A DNA stretch of 64,000 nucleotides, from NCBI GenBank assembly GCA_964304625.1, contig OZ199838.1:16475469-16539468 (forward strand). Reading direction: 5' to 3'. Origin of the DNA: Kudoa neothunni. Its lineage: Eukaryota > Animalia > Cnidaria. The translations under genes and the position numbers were made by a program. Below the pieces are notes generated by a model, which worked only from the letters and a program-made list of their open reading frames with translations, had not been told where the DNA came from and did no database searches. This document shows positions 11,582 to 25,639 of this stretch, in pieces. Positions within the stretch are counted from its first letter, which is position 1. The number at the start of each line of letters is the position of its first letter.

Positions 11582-14270
11582 TTAACCCTCTGAGTCACGA
11601 AAATTTACACCTTCCAAGTAAAAATGAGGTAGAAATCTACCCCAGATTTTTTTTCTAAAATTGTTTGAAATATAATGTTATATAATCTTGAATAGTTATA
11701 ATAAACTGTATTGATTAGATTTCGATTAATTCAAGAAACATTCTTAGTAACCCTCTTATGCGCACGCGTCGAATCGAAAGTATCTAGTGTTTTTCGCTGT
11801 ATGCGCTTGTCTTATCAAAAGTAAATTTATTTTTTTAACTTAAAAATATTCCTTAAACACAAAAGATTTTTTATCAGTTTATCACACACATATAAATACA
11901 ATATTTACACAAAAATCAACAAATATAACAAGAAAATGGTGTTATTTCTTGAAACATGCCAAAAATGTTTTTTACAGCAAAACCCAGAGCAAATATCACA
12001 TCTATTGACAGTTGTTATATCGTCGTTTCGTCCGCACAATCAACACCTCCCACTATTTCGGTTGTTTTTCCTAATTTCGCCTGTTCTTTGAATTTGTTGA
12101 GCATTATTCACACGCTGGGAATTCTTAGAAATCAAGGGAACAATCATTTCTTCGGCCATTTTTTAACAAAATCTCTCCTCAGCAGATTCTTCGAATTAAA
12201 TATTTCTTTGTAAATGCAGAAAGCATTGATCAACGAGATGTCTAACATGTCGAAAACTACAACAAGTGGCCAACGTCTGGTGATTCTTTTTACAGTTAAG
12301 GATGCCAACATTCTCGCGATGGTATCAACTCCACCCTTGACTGAGTTGTAATAAGTTATAACTTCTGGCTTATGTGGTGGTTCATCGGCTATGTTTGTAT
12401 TTGACGAAGAAGAACAGAGCATATAAACAGGCTTATTTTTCTTTTCCAAATATCACAATATCATCTTTTTGTTGTTAACAACAAAAAGAGAAGAATTCAC
12501 GATGCATGCTCTAGTGCAGAGGTCGGCAACGACCGGCCCGCAAGGGATGTCCTTGATAAAGTTAATTTTTTTGACGGTGCTTATATAATTTCCCCAACTT
12601 TTAATGTCGATCTTTTCACCGTATAAATAAGCTTAATAACAATGTGAACTATGTTACTTAAGTATTATTCCCTTTTTTAAACATAAAAGAGCTTAAAAAA
12701 ATAAAGATTAAAATTTTTCCCCGAGCAAATTCCTTACTTATTTTTACTGATTATACGATATTAGTTTTATTGTAGCTAATGGAAACGTTTAATTATTGCT
12801 CTTTACGATTTAGAACCATAATTCGAATATATAAACGTTTAAATTTAGCACCAAAAATATCAGGTAAATTATGAAATAAAAAATTGTATAAAACCAGTAA
12901 TTCCCTCATAAAAATATCGAACATTCACATTCGTTACGTTTCTTTTTCTCGTTAAAATAAAAATATTCCTTTAAATTTCAAAATACATATTTACTAATCC
13001 AATTTTCAATTGTATTGTGAAAAATTTATTACATCTACTGGATTTAAATATATTCTGGCCTGCCTCCTAGTTTGACATGATTATCCGGCCCGGCGACCTA
13101 ATAGGGTTGCTGATCCCTGCTCTAATGGGTCTCAAATAAGGCGGGATCTCTCGTTTATTAGATCGCATGGTTCCCACTATTGTAATTTTTTTGGTCAACG
13201 ATTCATCCGCCTATTCTACAGACACAAAAAAATTATCGCACCAAATTTCGCCCCGAACCATGAAAGGGCTCTATCAAATGTAACACGATTTCTTTTCCTA
13301 CATTTGTAGCTCTTACAGCTTCATCACTACGCTTTCCAAGATATACACATATATTGGATACATACGTCGATAGAGGATCCACTAATAAGAAAAATTTTAT
13401 CCCATACTTGGCGGGTTTCATGGGCATATATTGTTTGAATTTACAACGACCCCGAAAGGCAACAAGTTGCTCATCAATGCAAATATCCTCGTATGGGCGG
13501 AAACTCTGGGTAAGCGAGTCAACCTAGATATCCTAGAGTTCACGAATGTAGAAAAATTTATCTGATATTTTTCTTATCTCTCATGTTTCGAAATCGTCGA
13601 AATAAAGGGCTCTCTTGATTTGTCGGAATCTATTTAAAGAAAATAGGTCACGATAAACTTGTCTTCACTCTTCTAACCCAAATAATTCTTTGGCTGGTTG
13701 TTGATTATCGTCAAATGTTCCCATTAACACTAAACATCCGATGAATCCATCGAATTCGACACTATCTAATTGCTTCCAAGCATCACCAAAAAATGTTTAC
13801 CGTATTGATTTGTATGTTTTAAAATTAAATCATACATTTCTTGGCGAAAAAACATTTTAAATGTATCAATAATTTCATTTACATTCTGCAAAACGAAGGA
13901 TGAAACACATGCACGATTGGTCAAAATATTTTTGGCTGTAGCTCTACAAGTCGAGGGTTTTTCAATTGTCCATAAGGATCCATTCTTAACTATTAAAGAG
14001 TCAGATGGAGCATTAGTTTCAACTTCGAATTATCTGATGACGTATCACATATAAAGGAAGAATCCAGGTCAGAAGAATCAGTATCAGAGCAGCTGCCGCT
14101 ATTTTCACTCGAACTCATTTCACCAATGACCAATTGGCGCACTGAAAGATATCCAGTAATATTTGTTGATTTAAACAACAATTCGTCGATGAAATTGTGT
14201 CAAATTGACCAAAAAATATTATTTTTTATTTGGAACAATTTAGGTTAAAAAAATGTGGGGTGTAAAAATA
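11582..14270 (-). mobile_element. Decayed piggyBac (PGBD4-like) transposon
   Basis: TTAA-CCCT terminus at 11582. Minus-strand fragments IDEQLVAFRGRCKFKQYMPMKPAKYGIKF, TIVGTMRSNKREIP, KPEVITYYNSVKGGVDT and RRWPLVV.FDMLDISLINAF, plus an acidic Ser-rich N-terminus. Multiple frameshifts. Confidence 0.9.
12517..13119. mobile_element. hAT (Charlie/Buster-like) MITE nested in piggyBac
   Basis: TIRs CAGAGGTCGGCAAC / GTTGCTGATCCCTG, with 8-bp TSD CTCTAGTG (12509-12516) / CTCTAATG (13120-13127) and subterminal CCGGCCCG motifs. Confidence 0.85.
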
Positions 14271-14360
14271 TCAACATCATTTTTCATAATCATTATTAGA
14301 ATCAATTATGTTTTCGTATGCCGTTGTGAATGTGTGAACACTAGGTCAAATAACCGATTA

Positions 14361-14581
14361 CATTAATGGATCGGTCGTAGGTAATCCCCTTGGGGATGTG
14401 GAAATGGTAGGTACGACTGATCCTAACGTGACTTACTATTTTTCGTTTTTGGTGATAATTATGCTTGTGAACTATTCAAAGCGAGTAATTCTAAGATTAT
14501 ATAATTTTTAAAATAATTTTAAAATGATTGAACATTTTTATATGTACAATATAAAATGTACGTACGACTGATCCATTACTG
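14361..14581. mobile_element. 221-bp Tc1/mariner-type MITE (TA TSD)
   Basis: TIRs CATTAATGGATCGGTCGTA / TACGACTGATCCATTACTG with TA on both sides. It is absent from the paralogous site at ~3870 (CCGATTAATTGG). Confidence 0.8.
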
Positions 14582-15500
14582 TAATTGGAATTTGGAACGT
14601 CAATGGGTTTTCGTCCCTTTTTCGGCACTATACTATATTGCTTATATTTCTTGACTCCCGCAACGGTTTGAACTATTTTGAAAAAATATTATTTATATAA
14701 CCTTTACAAATTATAATTTAGCTTGAGAATTTTTAATTTGTTATTTCTACGAAGTTACTGTTCTATTAGTACCTCAGTGTACCGTAATTACTATATAAGT
14801 ACATAATCTCAAAATATGTAAATTCATAATTGAAATTTAATTCTTAATTAAATTTAAAATGAATTAATAAATTATAGATTACGATATAAACTCATTGACG
14901 AATTATTAAAATTCTTAGAGAGGCATTGATGAGGGACCGAAAACCCCGAATGGGTTAATGTAAAAGGCACACAATAAACTTTCCTGGGAAAAGAATAAGC
15001 TGATAGTGCTGGTCCAAGAAATGTCGCAAAAATGGGAATTGGTCTAGAAAATAGTAGAAAAATAAGCCAAATATCGAAATTATATTATTTGTTGATATTT
15101 TAATATTATAAAATCATTAAAATCTCATTTAATTATAATGTATAGGAATTATATGCCTATATAATTTTTTTTAATTTTATAACAAAATTTTTAAGGTCAC
15201 CAAGTATCAACGAATTCAATTCTAAAACAAATAATTTTAGATGCTTTCGAAAATGTTAACAACCGTTAACTTAAATTGATAAATCCTAATTTTTAATTCT
15301 TAGGGTGAAAAATATTAATTATCTATGCATTTATCCCAGGGAAAATTCATTCGAAAAATAAAAATTTGTAATTTTTCAATCATATGAATATGTATAAAAT
15401 TGTATTTATTGATGTATTGAATCCTATCATTAGATTCATATGAATGATAATAATTGAATCAAATATGCAATATAATCTGATTTACTCTATGTATCACAAA

Positions 15501-18460
15501 ATGAAAACTCAGATATTCTCAGTTAGTTTATTGATTGTATTTTCATGTAATTCTATATATATATATATATATATACGTTTATTAATTTATTAAATTTGTT
15601 TAGTTATTAATATAAATAGTGCCGTTGAAAATAAACAAGCACCTCAAACTCCTACAAAAATACTTTCGTACGATATTGTAGGAGGAAAGGTTCAATTGGT
15701 TTTGACTGGGTCAGACTATATAACGGATTCAAAAAAATGTCTCATAAGAAAAGAGAAGGATGATGGAAATGGATTTGATCAGATACATCCCTGTGTAGGT
15801 AGCGATGAAACCAATGGGAGAGACAAATGCGTACGTGCTTGTGCAGGAAATGACAACACATTAGCATTTAATGTGCTTTCACCCAGAACAAAGTTTATCT
15901 ATGTATATTCCGGAGTGCAGGCTTCAGAAATTCTAGCCAAAAATAATGGCGGAGAGGTTTTTGGACTAGCTATTCGTAATTTAAACAAAATTATTCTTTT
16001 TTAATTTGAAGTAGCGCTCTTGGTGAATCCAAAAATCACGATATCCACAGATGCATCATCGAAAAAATTAACGCTTGCAGCCAAGACATGTAAAAATGTT
16101 GACTGTCCCATTTTTTATAAAGGTATTCAATACGCGACTGGTGCAGGAGGGGCTGCTTGTGAAACTGATAACACCGCCAACCAAGTTGACTTTGACCTTA
16201 TGATTCCTCACTACGAGATGATATGTACGAATTACCCAAGCTTCTTTTATCATATGCCAAATCCGTACATGAAAGAAAATATTGACATATACAAACCCCA
16301 ATATTACGTTACTCACAAAAATGTTGACACTAAGACAAATTATGTCCTGAAATTTACCAACTCATTTCCTTCCGAAATGTGTTTATTTAGTATTAAGGAT
16401 GCTTCAACTGATGCTAGGGAACCTACTAACGAATACGCATCAGTATGTGGAGGAGGAACCGATAAAAACTGTTACGCACCTTGTGATAATGTTGAATTAA
16501 CACTTACTGTTTCCAAACGAATCGTTGAAATATTAATTCAGACTAGACATCATAATTTAGATCAAAACAATGGAAACATTGGGGGCTATAAAGATAAAAA
16601 ATATGGTATTATTTTTATTAAGAAAATGTAGATATTTATTTATTATAGCTATCGATGAGCCTGAAGCCGCAAATACACTTTTTAGTACGCCAACAACTAT
16701 AGGGATTACACTTAACCTATCTGCATACAATACAGCTTCTGTCAGCCCAAAATTTGGTACATGTACTTTAAAGCATTTTCCTGCTGATAAAATCAGAAAG
16801 ACTCCAGAGGATGTTTTGCAATGCAACGATACCGATTCTTGTGAAAGTGTTTGTGCTACTCCTTCTACTATAAAGGGGCTGACTGCAGGGAAAGCATACA
16901 TAATTGAGATCACTCCGACAACCATCAGTAATCCAGAAAATTTTAAAGAATACTTGTTTTTCAGAACAAGTAAGGAATATATTCATAACACTCATTAAAT
17001 TATTTTTAGAAGAATCTGGTACATTAACCTTCGCCGACACAGCACCCACACCAACCGACGTGACTGCTGCAATTAAAGCGGTTGCTGGTGACGTTGGATC
17101 AGCAACAACTGAACCGACCTGTTCCTATTACGTCAGTATAAAAGATAAAAACACATTTGTAGAGGCAGAATGTGAAGACAGCAACCCATGTAGAGGATTT
17201 TGTAAAGACACCAAGAAGTTGATAAATCTAAACCCTAAAACAAACTACGATATTAAAGTTGTTTCACACAAAGACTATGGAATCAAAATATTTGAAAATA
17301 TTTCAACTAGTAACAAAATTTTAATTTAAGCTAATATAAATTATATTTGTTAGCTTGGTCAACCATGACTCTTTCCCATAGATTCCTAGATAAAGGGTTT
17401 AAAGTGGCTGGAACTTTGACATCCGTTTATCCACAAGCAATATGTCACTATAAAATAAGAGAAAAAGACGGAGAGACTCTACAAGATGTTTATTCCTGTC
17501 CAGCAGTTGTCCCTCCGTCGCCACCGGTCAGTCCAGCCATTGAAGATATTGTTGCTCCTCCTACACCTACTCAAACTCAGGAAACGACAGAATCTAGGCT
17601 GGTCAGCGTTTCAAATTTGTCTGGAATAAAAATAGCAAGAGCTGGCAATGTAGAAGCAACTGATGCCACACCCACTGAACCCACTACTACTCAGTCTAGG
17701 TTTCCACCTTGCAATATACCGCCACTTTGCAGAAATATAGTAATTAGTGATGGTTATGAGGCTAATAAAGAATACCAAGTATTGGTGACGGCTGTAGGCC
17801 GATCAGAGGAAGTTACAATCAATATTCCTAAAAGTAACATATAAAGGAATTAATATAGATATTTTCTAAATTGTCATATAAATATAGATTCACTCCCAGA
17901 ACCATCTCAAGATACAAACAAACAAATTACGGTAGTTATAGAGAGAGTAGGAGATACGTTAAAAATCACGTCATTGCTTCCAAAAGAAAAGGATGATAAT
18001 TCAGTATGTCGATGGATACTGAGAGACATCACTGATGTTTCTCAACGAATAGTGAAAAAATGTGATTCCAGTAGAAGTAAAGTTCGCAAACTTCCAACTT
18101 GCAGATCATTCACTATTGAGGATGTAAGTGATACCAATGATTATCATTTAACACTTATTCACTCCCGAGATCCCAATGTTAAAGGAATTGGAATAATAAA
18201 ACGAGGTAACTAACAATTAATAGTAATATTAATTATTATAATAATTAATAATTTAGGAGAGACCTCTAATCAATCCAGGTACAATTTATATTTTAATGTT
18301 TAATGTATTACATTTTTAGGGCGAGCACATCAATGTATTAAATTTTGAGTTGACATGTTGGAATAAGTTTTCATTTAGGATTGTTGGAATCATTGTTCCA
18401 GTCGCTATTGTTGTTGTAGGGGTTGGATTTTACTTTGGTTATATGAAGAATAGAGGATAA
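15501..18460 (+). CDS. Cys-rich FN3-like type I membrane protein, copy 2
   Basis: Same 10-exon structure as copy 1 (MKTQIFSVSLLIVFS..GFYFGYMKNRG*). Intron 1 contains a (TA)n tract. There is a Cys-to-Arg change at 18085-18087. Confidence 0.87.
15554..15575. repeat. (TA)11 microsatellite in intron 1 of copy 2
   Basis: Read directly from the sequence; absent from the other four copies. Confidence 0.9.
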
Positions 18461-21400
18461 CTTTGATTAACTCAGTTTAACATTTGGAACATATTACATT
18501 ATTTCCTATTAGTTTATAATTAAATATATTATAAATATTTGTAAATTTATTTACCAATAATTATCCATTTTATTTGAAATATTGTTAGCATAATATTCAA
18601 TATTAATTTAAGTCTATCAAGAAATAAATAAATGAATATTGACAGAATTAGTTGTGATAATTTTATCATTCAATTATAAATGAAATCAATTGTATAATAA
18701 TTAATAGGATAATTTAAAGCTTAAATTTTTTTCACGTAAATAATTTACAAGTTTATTCCTAAGGATTATTTTAACAACACAAATACACTAAATTAAGATT
18801 TGTGTGTGATATCTCAGTAAAATTAGCATTAGTCTAGTTTTTATGTATTTTTATAATCCATTATAGATCTTGAATATTTTATTACAAAATTATTGAAAGA
18901 ATTTAATTCGTAATTTTTGAAGTTTCATTTTTCGGACGAAATTACGCTTGGTACATACATGCGTGCTGTCTGTTGATTGATATCACAATTCCAAAATATA
19001 TCAAAAAATTAGAAAATAAAACGATCTTTGAATTCTATAATAAATTAAAAAAGAATTAGGATAGTTCAATTTCATAAGTTTAAATCAAGACCGAACCTAA
19101 CTACCTTTCCGAATTGAATAACAGATTTTTAAGCATTGTAATTATTTGATGGATGTGGCTATATCTTAGGTACCTGATAATCCTGTCGCGCTATGACCAT
19201 ATTTCAAGGAATGAATATCTCTAAAACCACTGCATATATTTTGTTCAGATTTTAAATTTTATCTAATATTTACTTAATTTAATTTTTCGTAAGTATTAAA
19301 AAAATTTGCAGAAGAATAAGTTTTCAGTAGTGCAACCATCCTTAGTCTATCAATATCAAGGTGTAATTATATTATATTTTTAAATTTTTCGGTAAAAAAA
19401 GCATATTTACTTTTTGAATTATTTAATATAAATAATTAATTCTTCGCTTAAAGTAATTTTAGCGTCCATTGTATACCTTCGGGTTAGAATGTCAAAGATG
19501 AATTCTAGCATGTTTATATATAGAATATAGTTTATTTCCTGCGAAGATCTTATATTGTCATAATTAAATGTGATTAATTAAAATTTTGGTTATCTCAAAC
19601 ATTACAATTGGCCTCCAACAAATTTTTTGTATTCATTGGTGGGAAAGACATGAAATGAGGTTTTTAATGTGGGTCCTATAATAGAAAATAATGAATAAAA
19701 TGTTTTAGTTATTATTCACAGAAAAAAAATCTTGGAAATAAAAAAATTCGAACAGAAGTTAAAATAAAAACTAATTTTTTGATGGTGATGTTTAATCATA
19801 CTGAATTTTGTGAGGAACTTTTGAGTAAAGCTATAAGGTCCCTTAGTCCACTGGGAAAAATAACTAAGAATCATGATGACGTTTATATCGTTCGTGTCCC
19901 CAAATAAATTTGATTATTTGTTGACAAATATAACATTTACAATTTAATATAGTCGAAAATGTGTGAAATTACAGAAAAAGGAAATCTTTTATGATTTAAT
20001 TTTTGATAGTGAGAAAGAAGTGTCTCCTGTTGATTTGATAGGGATGCCACATATCAACAAGATAAAACCCGAAACAAACAAATGAATTAAAACCCCACAA
20101 GGAACGAATAAATAATTGCATTAAAGCTTTAAATAGAATACAACAACAATTATAAGTTAAAATATTATTATTGTTGGATTTTTAAACCCCAAAATTCCAT
20201 CGAAAGTAAAGCCAATTGTAGGGCTAGAAATAATTTATTTGTGAACAGTTGCGAATATAAAGATATATAAAAATAATTTGTGACATCAATAAATCGAAAA
20301 ATACAATATGACATATTAAGTTTATTTTCTGTATGTGGAAGCTGTTATATTTTATTATTCCTAACTCACATGATCAAGTCAACATATATTCCATATCTTT
20401 TAGAAATACAAAATAACACGAGAAATAAGAGAATGAAAATTTTAATATTTTGTTGTCTTATAAATGATAAATTGTTTATTTATAGAAATTTTCAAAACTA
20501 GAATAGCCGTGCAAATATTGTTTGGAACAAAAGAATGCTCCAGCTACAGATTATCAGACGATTTCTCGCTTTAGAGCGAAATTATTTGGCACTTGCGCAA
20601 GAGGTACCATCGATCCTGATGTGGAGGGATGGTTTTAGAGATATTCATTCCTTGATATATAGTCAGAGTGCGATAGGATTATCAGGTACCTGAGATATAG
20701 TCACTCCCTTATTTATTCTAACCCTCGTGTAAAAAGGGGTCCAAATAGGGTCGAACGATATTAGGATGTATTTTCTTTGACTAATTTTGAATATCCAGTT
20801 CTAATGTTTTTCTTATTTTTCTATATAACATAGATCTATACAAAAAAGTTATCAAGATAACTTTTAAATTTCTTAATCGAATATTAAAATAAAAAAATCT
20901 TCCAAAGAAAATGGCGTCTTCATTGATTCAAGATGTTTATTTAAAATTTTTGAACAGAAAGACGTAATTATAATATTATTAAGAGAACAATTTGTTGTAA
21001 AAATTATTTTATGCCTAAAATGAATAACCCAAAAATATACACTCAGGTGCGGATATACATATTTTTTGTCAGGTCATGGGTTGTTTTGAAAATAAAGGCG
21101 GTAGTATTGACATCCATGACTATGATACACCAAGTCTGTTTTATTTAACAGAAACTATGGATCAATATATAAAGAAGATTTTGTGTTGGTCGATACTGAT
21201 GACTCCCTTATTTATAAAAATGGACGTTCGTAGGGCTAGACGAATCCATCGAAAACGCAGACGCCTCCTGAAAATATGATGTGTTTTAGTCAGGATGTGA
21301 TTCATTATAACATCCAAAGGATTATTAAAAAAAGGTTGCCTTTGAGTTCTCTGAAGCGTTAAGAATAAATAAAATAATCACGAATGCAAACATAAATGCA

Positions 21401-22687
21401 TCGAATTGAAAATATCAGGAAAACTATACGAGTAAAAATTAATATTGCAGAATGATAACAAAAAATGAGATTTATTATGTTTACTCGTTCCCAAGATAAA
21501 AAAACTGACCTAGAAGATGACTTGTGTATGGCTACTTGCTGCAAAGAATATTTAGTTATTCGTGCAAAAGCTTTGACTTATCATTTTTCGATTTACGTTG
21601 TTTTTTGAACTCGCGTATAATTCACTTGAATTATTTTAACTAACATGTAATGGTAGCATTCTCATCCTTTTTTAACAACAATTATCTTAATACAAAGCCG
21701 TACTTCATGTATCAATATCCCCTTATATTTTAATTTCGTCGCTATAATATTCTTTTAATTTTATGGTTTAAAATAATTATTCAAAGATCTTAAATGTGGC
21801 AGGGGTTACTTTCTAGTTTATTACATTGATGTACTCTGTAAAATTAAAGTTATTTGAAATTCGAATAATCATAAAAACCCGTAGAATATAATAAGTATTA
21901 TAATTAAACTATTACTAAAAGTTAGAGATTTTTTATGACAATATGCAAAGTATTTAAAATCAATCAATTCAATTTTAATGATTCTCCAATTTTATTAACT
22001 TTGGGCTTTACCGCGTATATACGAGAAAATATTTTATATGAAATTATCTTTAAAAGGTACGTGTCTTGCAGCAAAACTTTTTTGGAATGTGTAAAAATAT
22101 TATTACGATAAGTTTATGCAAAAAACACTAAGATCCATATGGGCTATTTTACTCGGGGGTATCCGATTTTGGTATACTCGAACGGTAAAGGTAATGGAAC
22201 GTCATAAGCTTTTCTGTGATAAAAGTACGCGGATAGCGCTTGCAAAGGAATCAACGACATAACTGGGAATTAATCACCACAAATAAAGGAATAATAGGTC
22301 AAATATCGAAATTATATTGTTTTTTGTTTGTTCAAATATTGTAAAATTATTAAAATAACATTTAATTACGTTGTATAATAAAAGTTTTAGTCATCAAAGC
22401 TTAACGAATATAATTATAAAACAAGTAAGCATAGATGCGTTCAGAACTCTTAAAACTGTTTAATTAAATTCTTTCATCCTTATTTGTGAGAATTATGGTA
22501 AAAAGTATAAATTATAAATTTATCAGGAAAAATAAATTCACAAAAATCAAAGTATGCAATTTTCCAACAATATCAATATATCACATTGTATATATCGATG
22601 TATCAAATCCTATTGTTATGTTCATATGAATATCAATAGTTAAATCGAAATATACAGTTTAATCTGATTTACTCTCTATACCAAAAA
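18461..22687 (+). repeat. Spacer between copies 2 and 3, duplicated as the spacer between copies 4 and 5 (37859-42159)
   Basis: Collinear similarity across the spacer apart from one replaced block; 20632-22075 appears identical to 40062-41505 (offset 19430). Confidence 0.9.
19151..20708. mobile_element. Non-autonomous MULE-like element
   Basis: TIRs GGATGTGGCTATATCTTAGGTACCTGATAATCC / GGATTATCAGGTACCTGAGATATAGTCACTCCC, with degenerate 9-bp TSD TTATTTGAT / TTATTTATT. Confidence 0.8.
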
Positions 22688-25639
22688 ATGCAAACTCAGT
22701 TAGTCTCGGTTAGTTTATTGATTGCATTTGCATGTAATTTGTTTATATTGATTATTTTATTAAAATATTGTAGTTATTAATACAAATCCTACTACGGAAA
22801 GTAAACTAGCACCCCAAACTCCTACAAAAATACTTTCGTATGACATTGTTGAAAGTAAAGTGTTGTTGGTTTTGACCGGATCGGATTATGAAACGGACTC
22901 GAAAAAATGCCTCATAAGAAAAGAGAACGATAGTGGAAATGGATTCGATCAGATAAGCGATTGTGAGAATAGAGATGCACAGAGTGGGACAGACAAGTGT
23001 GTACGTGCTTGTTCAGGAAATGACAATAAAATAACGTTTAATGTGCTTTCACCAAGAACAAGATTTATCTATGTATATTCCGGAGCGCAAGCTTCAGATA
23101 TTCAAGCCAAAAATAATGGCGGAGAGGTTTTTGGACTTGCTATTCGTAATTTAAATAAAATTATTTATTTTCATTAATTAAAAATAGCGCTCTTGGTGAA
23201 TCCATCAATAACAGTGTCCATAGATACTAATACGAAAAAATTAACGCTTGCAGCCAAGACATGTAAAAAAGTTGCCTGTCCTATTGTTTATAAAGGTATT
23301 CAATACGCGGCCGGTACAATGGGAGACAATTGCGATTCTGGTAACAGCGCCAACCAAGTTGACTTTGACCTTATGATTCCTCATTATGAAATGATATGCA
23401 CAAATTATCCAAGCTTCTTTTATCATATGCCAAATCCGTACATGAAAGAAAATATTGACATATACAAACCCCAATATTACGTTACTCACAAAAATGTTGA
23501 CACTAAGACAAATTATGTCCTGAAATTTACCAATTCATTTCCTTCCGAAATTTGTTTATTCAGTATTAAGGATGCTTCAACTAATGCTGGAGAACCTACT
23601 AACGAATACGCATCCGTGTGTGGTGGAATAACGGGTAAAAAGTGTTATGCACCTTGTGACAATGTTGAATTAACACTTGCTGCGTTCAAACCAATCGTCG
23701 GAATATTAATTCAGACTAGATATCATAATTTAGATACAAGCATTAACAGCATTGAGGGCTATAAAGAGAAAAAATATGGTATTGTTTTTTAAAGTAAATG
23801 TATCTATTCATTTATTATAGCTATCGAAGAGCTTGCCGCTCCGAATACACTTTTCAGTGCGGAAACACCTGTGGGAATTACACTTAACCCCTCTGCATAC
23901 AACTCAGCCACCGGTACCGATTCAGTAAAGTTTGGTACATGTGCTTTAAAGCATTTTCCTGCCGATAAAATCCGAAAAGATGGAGGAGAAACCACTAAAT
24001 GCAACAATAATCAGGCCTGTGGAGAGGTTTGTGAAACAGCGTCTGTTATACAGCAGTTGACTGCGGGGAAAGCATACATAATTGAGATCACTCCTACAAC
24101 CATAACTGGTCACACAGATTTTAAAGAATACCTGTATTTCAGAACACGTAAGTAATATATTCATTTCACTTATTAAATTATTCTTAGAAGAATCTGGCAC
24201 GTTAAAATTCACTGACGCAGCACCTTCAGCAACTGACGTGACTGCTGCAATTAAAGCGGTTGATGGTGACGTTGGATCAGCAACAACTGAACCGACCTGT
24301 TCCTATTACGTCAGTATAAAAGATAAAAACACGTTCGTAGAAGCAGAATGTGAAGACAGCAATCCATGTAGAGGATTTTGTAAAGACACCAAGAAGTTGA
24401 TAAATCTAAACCCTAAAACAAACTACGATATTAAAGTTGTTTCACACAAAGACTATGGAATCAAAATATTTGAAAATATTTCAACTAGTAAAATAATTTA
24501 AATTTAAGCTAATATAAAATATATTTGTTAGCTTGGTCAACCATGACTCTTTCCCATAGATTCCTAGATAAAGGGTTTAAAGTGGCTGGAACTTTGACAT
24601 CCGTTTATCCACAAGCAACATGTCATTATAAAATAAGAGAAAAAGACGGAGAGACTCTAAAAGATGTTTATTCCTGTCCAGCAGTTGTCCCTCCGTCGCC
24701 GCCGGTCAGTCCAGTCACTGAAGATATTGCTGCTCCTCCTCCTACATCTACTCAAACTGAGGTAGCGCAAGAATCTAGGCTGGTCAGCGTTTCAAATTTG
24801 TCTGGAATAAAAATAGCAAGAGCAAGTAATGCAGAAGAAGAGAATTCGACATCCACTGAACCCGCCATTACTCAATCTATGTTTCCACCATGTAGCAAAC
24901 CACCACTCTGTAGCAATATAATAATTAGTGATGGTTATGAGGCTAATAAAGAATACCAAGTATTGGCGACGGCTGTAGGTCGTTCAGAGGAAGTTACAAT
25001 CGATATTCCTAAAAGTACTATAACAAAATTAATATAGATATTTTCTAAATTGTCATATAAATATAGATTCACTCCCAGAACCATCTCAAGATACAAACAA
25101 ACAAATTACGGTAGTTATAGAGAGAGTAGGAGATACGTTAAAAATCACGTCATTGCTTCCAAAAGAAAAGGATGATAATTCAGTATGTCGATGGATACTG
25201 AGAGACATCACTGATGTTTCTCAACGAATAGTGAAAAAATGTGATTCCAGTAGAAGTAAAGTTTGCAAACTTCCAACTTGCAGATCATTCACTATTGAGG
25301 ATGTAAGTGATACCAATGATTATCATTTAACACTTATTCACTCCCGAGATCCCAATGTTAAAGGAATTGGAATAATAAAACGAGGTAACTAACAATTAAT
25401 AGTAATATTAATTATTATTATAATTAATAATTTAGGAGAAACTTCGAATCAATCCAGGTAAAACAAATAAAATAATGTTTAATGTAATGTATTTCTAGGG
25501 CGAGCACCTCAATGTATTAAATTTTGAGTTGATATGTTGGAATAAGTTTTCATTTAGGATTGTTGGAATCATTGTTCCAGTCGCTATTGTTATTGTAGGG
25601 GTTGGATTTTACTTTGGTTATATGAAGAATAAAGGATAA
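22688..25639 (+). CDS. Cys-rich FN3-like type I membrane protein, copy 3
   Basis: Same exon structure (MQTQLVSVSLLIAFA..GFYFGYMKNKG*); ORF-track exons run 22860-25392. Confidence 0.87.

Noticed and set aside
21076-21544. ORFs of 67 and 61 aa repeated identically at 40506-40974
   Set aside because: The identity comes from the identical DNA tract. There is no recognisable domain; probably decayed transposon sequence.
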